Part shown: positions 26,853 to 32,000 of the stretch, piece by piece | How positions within the stretch are numbered: position 1 is the stretch's first letter | Layout: each line of letters opens with the position of its first letter | DNA from: an uncultured Holdemania sp. | GTDB taxonomy: Bacteria; Bacillota_I; Bacilli_A; Erysipelotrichales; Erysipelotrichaceae | Length of the DNA stretch: 32,000 nt | Assembly: GCA_964370435.1 (NCBI GenBank) | Contig: CAYJJG010000001.1 | Span: 147,561 to 179,560 of the forward strand | Direction of reading: 5' to 3' | Notes under the pieces: model-generated | The model's input: the letters and a program-made list of their open reading frames with translations, nothing else | Database searches by the model: none | What the model was told of the DNA's origin: nothing | Made by a program: the position numbers and the translations under genes

Positions 26853-27872
26853 ATGAAAAAGATAATTTTAATTTTTTATCCACTTTGTTTAGTGAGTATA
26901 TTTCTATTATGTACAGAGAAATTAACTATTCAAGCCGACGAAACAGTAGAACCACCAATAGAAATAACAATTGAAGTTAACGATATAGATGCTGTTATTG
27001 CTATAAAACAACAAGTACTACAAACAGTTATCGACGAAAAAATATACAACGATGTATTAGATGATATCGATCTTGAAAATAGCGAAATTAAAATTGATAA
27101 TTTGGATATTACCAATTTAGGTAGCAAAGAAGTCACTTTACATATTTCATTAAAATATAAAAAAATGAACAGTAACTTGCTTCTAAATAATACCATTAGC
27201 GCTCAAGCCATTATTCATGTAGTCGATACTACTGCACCAACAATCACATTAAAGTATGATACCCTTACACTAGAATATCAGGAGGAATACAATCCTTATT
27301 CTTGGATTCAAGAAACTAGTGATAACTCTTTAGATGATTTAGCTAGCGTCTATGCGGAATCTTCTTCCATAAATACAAGTGCTGCGGGTGAATATACTTT
27401 ACATTATTATGCAACAGATCAAAGTGGTAATGTTGCTACAACAAGTATGTTGATTCATGTTTTGGAAGAGAAAATTACTCCAGTTGTTAGTGTAAACTTT
27501 AGTAATGATGATGATTTGATTAATGAAATGCTAACTATTATTAATGAAGAACGAGCTACACGTGGTTTACATGCTTTAGTACTTGCCCCTAGCAATGCGC
27601 AACAAGCAATCACTGTACGCGCATGTGAAGCAAAAGATTATGTTTCTCATACTCGCCCTGATGGAAGCCACTATAAGACAGCCTTTGATGACTACAATGT
27701 TACTTATAGTTCTCCCTATGAAGTATTAACTTATTCAGGAACTTCTGTTCAAGATAAGCTTGATTGGTGGATGGGATCGCCTGGACATCGTGATATTTTA
27801 ATGCGACAAGATAGTAGCTTAATCGCTATCGGATATTGCGATAAGATGTGGGCTGCAATAGTATATGATTAA
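26853..27872 (+). CDS. Secreted protein with signal peptide, Ig-like (DUF5011-type) module(s) and a C-terminal CAP/SCP (YkwD-like) domain
   Basis: 339 aa. Signal peptide MKKIILIFYPLCLVSIFLLC. DTTAPTITL...GEYTLHYYATDQSGNVATTSMLIHV (Ig-like). C-terminal INEERATRGL...HTRPDGS...WWMGSPGHRDILM (CAP). AAAGGAG RBS. Confidence 0.75.
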   Translation: MKKIILIFYPLCLVSIFLLCTEKLTIQADETVEPPIEITIEVNDIDAVIAIKQQVLQTVIDEKIYNDVLDDIDLENSEIKIDNLDITNLGSKEVTLHISLKYKKMNSNLLLNNTISAQAIIHVVDTTAPTITLKYDTLTLEYQEEYNPYSWIQETSDNSLDDLASVYAESSSINTSAAGEYTLHYYATDQSGNVATTSMLIHVLEEKITPVVSVNFSNDDDLINEMLTIINEERATRGLHALVLAPSNAQQAITVRACEAKDYVSHTRPDGSHYKTAFDDYNVTYSSPYEVLTYSGTSVQDKLDWWMGSPGHRDILMRQDSSLIAIGYCDKMWAAIVYD

Positions 27873-27896
27873 CCGCAATTATTTTGCGGTTTTTTA
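27871..27896 (+). terminator. Intrinsic terminator of the CAP-domain gene
   Basis: AACCGCAA-TTATT-TTGCGGTT followed by T6. Overlaps the stop codon. Confidence 0.8.
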
Positions 27897-27964
27897 TTTA
27901 TCCTATAAGTGCCCTTATCTTTAACTTGCTTATTCATAATATAAATTAGAAAGGAGAATTGCTT

Positions 27965-28459
27965 ATGATTTATACAATTCAACAAGGTAGTCAAGGAATT
28001 GATGTGCAAAAAATTCAAACTTATTTAAATGTTATCCGCGATAAACACCCACTTATTCCCTTGTTAGCAGTTGATGGCATTTATGGTTCTTCAACTACTA
28101 CAGCAGTAACAACTTTTCAGGGTATTTATGCTTTAAAACCTGATGGTATTGTAGGTGATGATACATGGGATAAGTTAGTAACAGAGTTTAAGTTAATGAA
28201 TACTTCGTTAACTAACGAGACTTCAGCTTCGCCACTTCAACCCGGTAGTACTGGATTGGCTGTTCAAAAATTCCAATCTTATTTAAATAAAATCTTAGAT
28301 CGCTGCATTGTACTAAATGAAGATGGTGTATATGGCAGCAATACTAATAGTGCAGTTATGCTTTATCAATCTAAGAATAACTTACAAGTTGATGGCTTAA
28401 TAGGGATAACTACTTGGAACTCTATTGTTGCTCAGCCTGAAGTTGAATTCATTATATAA
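27965..28459 (+). CDS. Protein made of two peptidoglycan-binding (PG_binding_1) repeats, with no signal peptide and no catalytic domain
   Basis: Start at the ATG at 27965 (AGGAG RBS, 7-nt spacer). 164 aa. Repeats: GIDVQKIQTYLN...VDGIYGSSTTTAVTTFQ...PDGIVGDDTW and GLAVQKFQSYLN...EDGVYGSNTNSAVMLYQ...VDGLIGITTW. Confidence 0.75.
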   Translation: MIYTIQQGSQGIDVQKIQTYLNVIRDKHPLIPLLAVDGIYGSSTTTAVTTFQGIYALKPDGIVGDDTWDKLVTEFKLMNTSLTNETSASPLQPGSTGLAVQKFQSYLNKILDRCIVLNEDGVYGSNTNSAVMLYQSKNNLQVDGLIGITTWNSIVAQPEVEFII

Positions 28460-28485
28460 AAAAACAGCTCATTGCTGTTTTTTTA
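28458..28485. terminator. Bidirectional intrinsic terminator shared by convergent genes
   Basis: AAAAAACAGC-TCATT-GCTGTTTTTT. Overlaps the stop of the ECF S-component gene. Confidence 0.65.
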
Positions 28486-29049
28486 TCGATATATACTAGA
28501 AAATGATTTCTTTAATAGCGCATAAAGTAGTGTCGCTACAACAATACACAATGCTGCATTCACTAATGTTACACCACTTATCATTGCCGAGAAAATGAGT
28601 GATGCTTTTGATCCTACCCGTAAAATGTAATTAAAATAAAAGAAACGCATTAGTGGGTAGGCTATCACATTAAACACTAACGCCACTGAGCTACTTAGTA
28701 TTGCTCCATTAATAATTTCTTTTTGAGTTTTTTTGCTGCTTAGTTTTATCTTTTTTGCTACTAATCCTGCAATAAAACCGATCATAAATTTAAGGATAAA
28801 GGTCATCGGCGCATAAATAATATACCGCGGGTCAAAAATGTCGGCAATACTTAAGCCAATAGCTCCTGCTAAAGCTCCTTCTATTGGACCTAAAAGCAAG
28901 GCTGAAACAACAATCACAGCATTTGCAACATGAATTGCAATCATGTCGCCACCCCCTATTGGAATATCGATTTTCCCATAGGTAAATACCACAAAATTGA
29001 CTGCTGCAAAGATGGCAATGAATGCCATTTTTTTAGTTGAATTTCTCAC
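28483..29049 (-). CDS. ECF-transporter substrate-specific (S) component, substrate unknown
   Basis: 188 aa, six hydrophobic helices. N-terminal KKMAFIAIFAAVNFVV and a Gly/Ala-rich helix GPIEGALAGAIGLSIADI, typical of ECF S components. GGAGGAT RBS 21 nt after the ArsC-family stop. Confidence 0.7.
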   Translation of the reverse strand: MRNSTKKMAFIAIFAAVNFVVFTYGKIDIPIGGGDMIAIHVANAVIVVSALLLGPIEGALAGAIGLSIADIFDPRYIIYAPMTFILKFMIGFIAGLVAKKIKLSSKKTQKEIINGAILSSSVALVFNVIAYPLMRFFYFNYILRVGSKASLIFSAMISGVTLVNAALCIVVATLLYALLKKSFSSIYR

Positions 29050-29070
29050 ATTAATCCTCCATCTTTAAAA

Positions 29071-29424
29071 CTACTTCATTAATTCTTGATATTCTTTTTC
29101 TTTTTTACCCACTATCACATGATTATTATAGACTAGAATTGGTCTTTTTACTAACATTCCATCACTTGCTAATAAAGCGATTTTTTCATTATCATCAAGA
29201 CTAGGTAATTTATCCTTAAGGTTTAATTCTTTATATTTTAATCCAGAAGTATTAAAAAACTTTTTTATATCTAATTTGCTTTGGTCAATTATTTCTTTTA
29301 ATTCTTCTTCATTTAAACGATGCTCTTTTATATCTCTTAATTCAAATTTCAATCCTAGTTCATCTAATATTTTTTTTGCATTTTGACAAGTACTGCATTT
29401 GGGATACCAGATTAATACATTCAT
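29071..29424 (-). CDS. ArsC/Spx/YffB-family thioredoxin-fold protein
   Basis: 117 aa. N-terminal IWYPKCSTCQNAKKIL, NTSGLKYKEL, and LVKRPIL motifs of the ArsC-family fold. AGGAGG RBS. Confidence 0.8.
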   Translation of the reverse strand: MNVLIWYPKCSTCQNAKKILDELGLKFELRDIKEHRLNEEELKEIIDQSKLDIKKFFNTSGLKYKELNLKDKLPSLDDNEKIALLASDGMLVKRPILVYNNHVIVGKKEKEYQELMK

Positions 29425-29537
29425 AATTTCCTCCTAATCAAACAACTCTTATTAGCTTATCATAATCACCCCTTTCCTTCAATGAATAAGCTTGTTATTT
29501 AACAAATTTAAATATACTATTATATTAGGTGATTACT

Positions 29538-29735
29538 ATGAAAAGAAAATTTAAAAAAGAAGAAATTGAACACTTGAATATTGGTCGTATTTACTATAAC
29601 CCTAACGATTTAAATATTTTTGTCAAAAGAAAGGGTTTATTTTCTTGGACTATGAACCTTGCAAATAAATGGACATGGCTAATTGTTTTTATTGAATTAA
29701 CTCTACTCGTTATAGTTGTATCGATACTAACTTAA
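29538..29735 (+). CDS. Small membrane protein, DUF5808-like
   Basis: Start at the ATG at 29538 (AGGTGA RBS). 65 aa. YYNPNDLNIFVKRKGLFSWTMNLAN followed by one TM helix, which resembles the DUF5808 pattern. Confidence 0.5.
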   Translation: MKRKFKKEEIEHLNIGRIYYNPNDLNIFVKRKGLFSWTMNLANKWTWLIVFIELTLLVIVVSILT

Positions 29736-29775
29736 AAAACGAAGGAATGCTTTTTAAGCCACTCCTTCGTTTTTA
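29734..29775. terminator. Bidirectional terminator between convergent genes
   Basis: ACGAAGGA (29739-29746) pairs with TCCTTCGT (29763-29770), and there is additional imperfect inner pairing. Flanked by A6 and T5 runs. Confidence 0.6.
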
Positions 29776-31641
29776 TTATTCTTCTTCGTTTGAGAATTGA
29801 CTGTTATATAAAGAAGCGTAGAAGCTTTCTCTTTCCAACAATTCATCATGTGTTCCTAACTCTACAATATCTCCTGCATTCATTACAATAATGCAGTCTG
29901 CATCTCTAATAGTTGATAGTCTATGAGCAATGATGAAACTTGTTCTACCTTCCATTAAATTATTCATTCCTTTTTGAATCAATACTTCAGTACGTGTATC
30001 TACTGAAGATGTAGCTTCATCAAGAATTAAGATTTTAGGATCAGCCAAGAAAGCACGGGCAATAGTCAATAACTGTTTTTGCCCTTGAGAAACATTTGTG
30101 CTATCTTCATTAATTTCGGTATTATAACCTTGTTCTAGTGTTCTTATAAAGTGATCAACATAGGCTAAATCAGCCGCTTTAACTACCTCTTCATCACTAG
30201 CTTCTAAGTTACCATATCGTAAATTTTCCATTATTGTTCCATTGAATAACCATGCATCCTGAAGAACCATACCTACTAAACTTCTTAAGTCACTTCTTGT
30301 AAGGTCTTTAATATCATGTCCATCAATATAGATTGTTCCACTGTTTAATTCATAAAAACGCATTAGCAATTTAACTATCGTTGTTTTTCCAGCACCAGTA
30401 GGACCTACTATAGCAATTTTACTTCCTGACTTAAAATAAGCACTAAAGTCATTAATAATGATTTTATCCGCATCATAACCAAACTTTACATTCTCAAAGG
30501 AAACATTTCCTTTAATCATGCTACTTCCTTGTTCATCAACTATTTTAATTGGATTCTCTGTATCGGCAATCATTTCTTCTTCAGCTAAAAAGTCAAATAC
30601 GCGCTCTGCTGCAGCTGCTGTAGACTGTAATACATTTAAAATCTGTGCAGCTTGAGTTATTGGTTGATTAAATCGTCTTACATACTGAATAAATGCCTGT
30701 ATGTCCCCGATAGATAAACTTCCACTTGCGGCCAAAACACCACCTAAGATACAAACTCCTACATATCCTAGATTTCCTATGAAGGTACTAATAGGCATCA
30801 TCAACCCTGATAAAAATTGTGATTTCCACGCAGAAGTATATAATTTATCATTTAGTTGTTTAAATGTAGCTATACTTCGTTCTTCACCATTAAATGCTTT
30901 AACAACAATATGACTTCCGTACATTTCTTCTACATGACCATTAACTTCGGCTAAGGTATTTTGTTGTGCCTTGAAATATCCTTGTGATCGTTTAATAATT
31001 TGCATCGCAAGAATTCCTGAAATTGGAATTACTACTAAAGCCATTATGGTAAGTTGCCAACTTATGGTCAACATCATAATAAAAATACCTATTATCGTAA
31101 TTACTGATGTTACTGCTTGTTGCATACTTTGATTTAAGCTTCTTGATATCGTATCAACATCATTAGTTACTCTACTTAGCACCTCTCCTTGTGTAGTACG
31201 ATCAAAATAACTAAGAGGTATTTTATTCATTTTTTTAGAAATTTCTTTTCTTAAAGTATAGGCTACTCGTTGTGTGACACCTGACATAATAAAATATTGA
31301 AGGTATGAGAAGACTCCACTTATTACATAAATGACTATTAAAAATAATAAAATATTGGCTAAGCCACTAAAATCAATGCCTCCTGTTTGTTGGTATTGAC
31401 TCATAATTCCTTCAGCAAGCAATGTCGTTGCCGAACCTAATATACTAGGTCCTATGATGGAAAATATAGTGCTTCCTAGTGCAAATATAACCACAAGTAA
31501 TACTCTGAATTTATACACTTTGATATAGTTTAATAATTCTTTCATAGTCTTACTAAAGTCTTTAGCTTTTTCGCCAGCACCGAATCCACCACCCATTCCA
31601 GGCCCCATCGGTCCACGAGTTTTGTTTTCTTTATTACTCAT
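29776..31641 (-). CDS. ABC exporter, fused permease/ATPase subunit (second gene of a heterodimeric pair, consensus ATPase site)
   Basis: Start moved to the ATG at 31641 (AAAGGAGGAA RBS, 8-nt overlap with the upstream stop). 621 aa. Six TM helices, Walker A GPTGAGKTT, Walker B ILILDEATS, H-loop IAHRLST, and a non-canonical signature VSQGQ. Confidence 0.9.
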   Translation of the reverse strand: MSNKENKTRGPMGPGMGGGFGAGEKAKDFSKTMKELLNYIKVYKFRVLLVVIFALGSTIFSIIGPSILGSATTLLAEGIMSQYQQTGGIDFSGLANILLFLIVIYVISGVFSYLQYFIMSGVTQRVAYTLRKEISKKMNKIPLSYFDRTTQGEVLSRVTNDVDTISRSLNQSMQQAVTSVITIIGIFIMMLTISWQLTIMALVVIPISGILAMQIIKRSQGYFKAQQNTLAEVNGHVEEMYGSHIVVKAFNGEERSIATFKQLNDKLYTSAWKSQFLSGLMMPISTFIGNLGYVGVCILGGVLAASGSLSIGDIQAFIQYVRRFNQPITQAAQILNVLQSTAAAAERVFDFLAEEEMIADTENPIKIVDEQGSSMIKGNVSFENVKFGYDADKIIINDFSAYFKSGSKIAIVGPTGAGKTTIVKLLMRFYELNSGTIYIDGHDIKDLTRSDLRSLVGMVLQDAWLFNGTIMENLRYGNLEASDEEVVKAADLAYVDHFIRTLEQGYNTEINEDSTNVSQGQKQLLTIARAFLADPKILILDEATSSVDTRTEVLIQKGMNNLMEGRTSFIIAHRLSTIRDADCIIVMNAGDIVELGTHDELLERESFYASLYNSQFSNEEE

Positions 31642-32000
31642 TTTCCAATTCCTCCTTTGAAAGTTGTGAATAGGCAATTTCTTGATATACTTCGCACGTG
31701 TTTAATAAATCTCTGTGTTTACCTTTGCCTACTATTTTACCTTTATCTAGTACGATAATTTGATCAGCATCTTTAATAGTACTAATACGCTGCGCAACTA
31801 AAAGCACTGTATTTTTAGTTTCTTTCATCAACTTATTTAAAGCTTCTCTTAATAATGCATCCGTTTTAAAATCTAGCGCTGAAAATGTATCGTCAAAGAT
31901 ATAAACTTGAGGATTTTTCGTAAGTGCTCTTGCGATTGATAATCGCTGTTTTTGCCCGCCTGAAACATTAGTTCCACCTTGAGCTATAGCACTGTTGATA
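31634..32000 (-). CDS. ABC exporter, fused permease/ATPase subunit, C-terminal part only (first gene of the pair, degenerate ATPase site)
   Basis: The frame stays open to the window edge. My translation is ...NVSGGQKQRLSIARALTKNPQVYIFDDTFSALD...VLLVAQRISTIKDAD...ELENE. Asp replaces the catalytic Glu after Walker B, and Gln replaces the switch His. Confidence 0.88.
   Translation of the reverse strand, partial: INSAIAQGGTNVSGGQKQRLSIARALTKNPQVYIFDDTFSALDFKTDALLREALNKLMKETKNTVLLVAQRISTIKDADQIIVLDKGKIVGKGKHRDLLNTCEVYQEIAYSQLSKEELENE

Noticed and set aside
1-32000. Window-wide look for CRISPR repeats, tandem or interspersed repeats, tRNA/rRNA genes, prophage, integrase or defence-island signatures, and toxin-antitoxin pairs.
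   Set aside because: I could see none by eye. The only repeated structures are terminator hairpins, operator-like palindromes and the IS200 hairpins. The gene content is core housekeeping with conserved Bacillota synteny. A computational repeat search (for example self-dotplot or MinCED) would be needed to exclude short degenerate arrays.

Overview
This is a low-GC, Gram-positive (Bacillota-type) chromosomal segment made up almost entirely of housekeeping genes, densely packed and mostly on the minus strand. Left to right: a truncated membrane protein; uvrB; ctpA (S41 protease); a coiled-coil M23 peptidase; ftsX; ftsE; a YitT-family protein; nadK; a CYTH protein; an orphan 114-aa ORF; a Met T-box leader plus metG; split transketolase; a cold-shock protein; an orphan 194-aa ORF; rubrerythrin with a PerR-like repressor and its operator; rsmI-ricT-holB-tmk; a stand-alone PTS EIIA(Glc) divergent from glpP; a sodium:solute symporter with a small MazG-like ORF; a preQ1-I riboswitch plus queT; one IS200-like insertion sequence; DUF951-folD-dtd; a secreted Ig-like/CAP protein next to a leaderless protein made only of peptidoglycan-binding domains; an ArsC-family gene with an ECF S component; a small membrane protein; and a heterodimeric ABC exporter pair whose second gene runs off the right edge. 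Several ORF-track starts were moved downstream on RBS, promoter or terminator evidence. I found no CRISPR array, tRNA or rRNA gene, prophage, or recognisable defence or toxin system, and I cannot support a claim that a novel multi-gene system is present. The items most worth a second look are the IS200 element and its GC-rich structured end, two family-less ORFs (9805-10149 and 14791-15375), the CAP / PG-binding gene pair, and a few operator-like palindromes. All functional calls rest on reading the translated sequences for motifs and on synteny. No database search was run.
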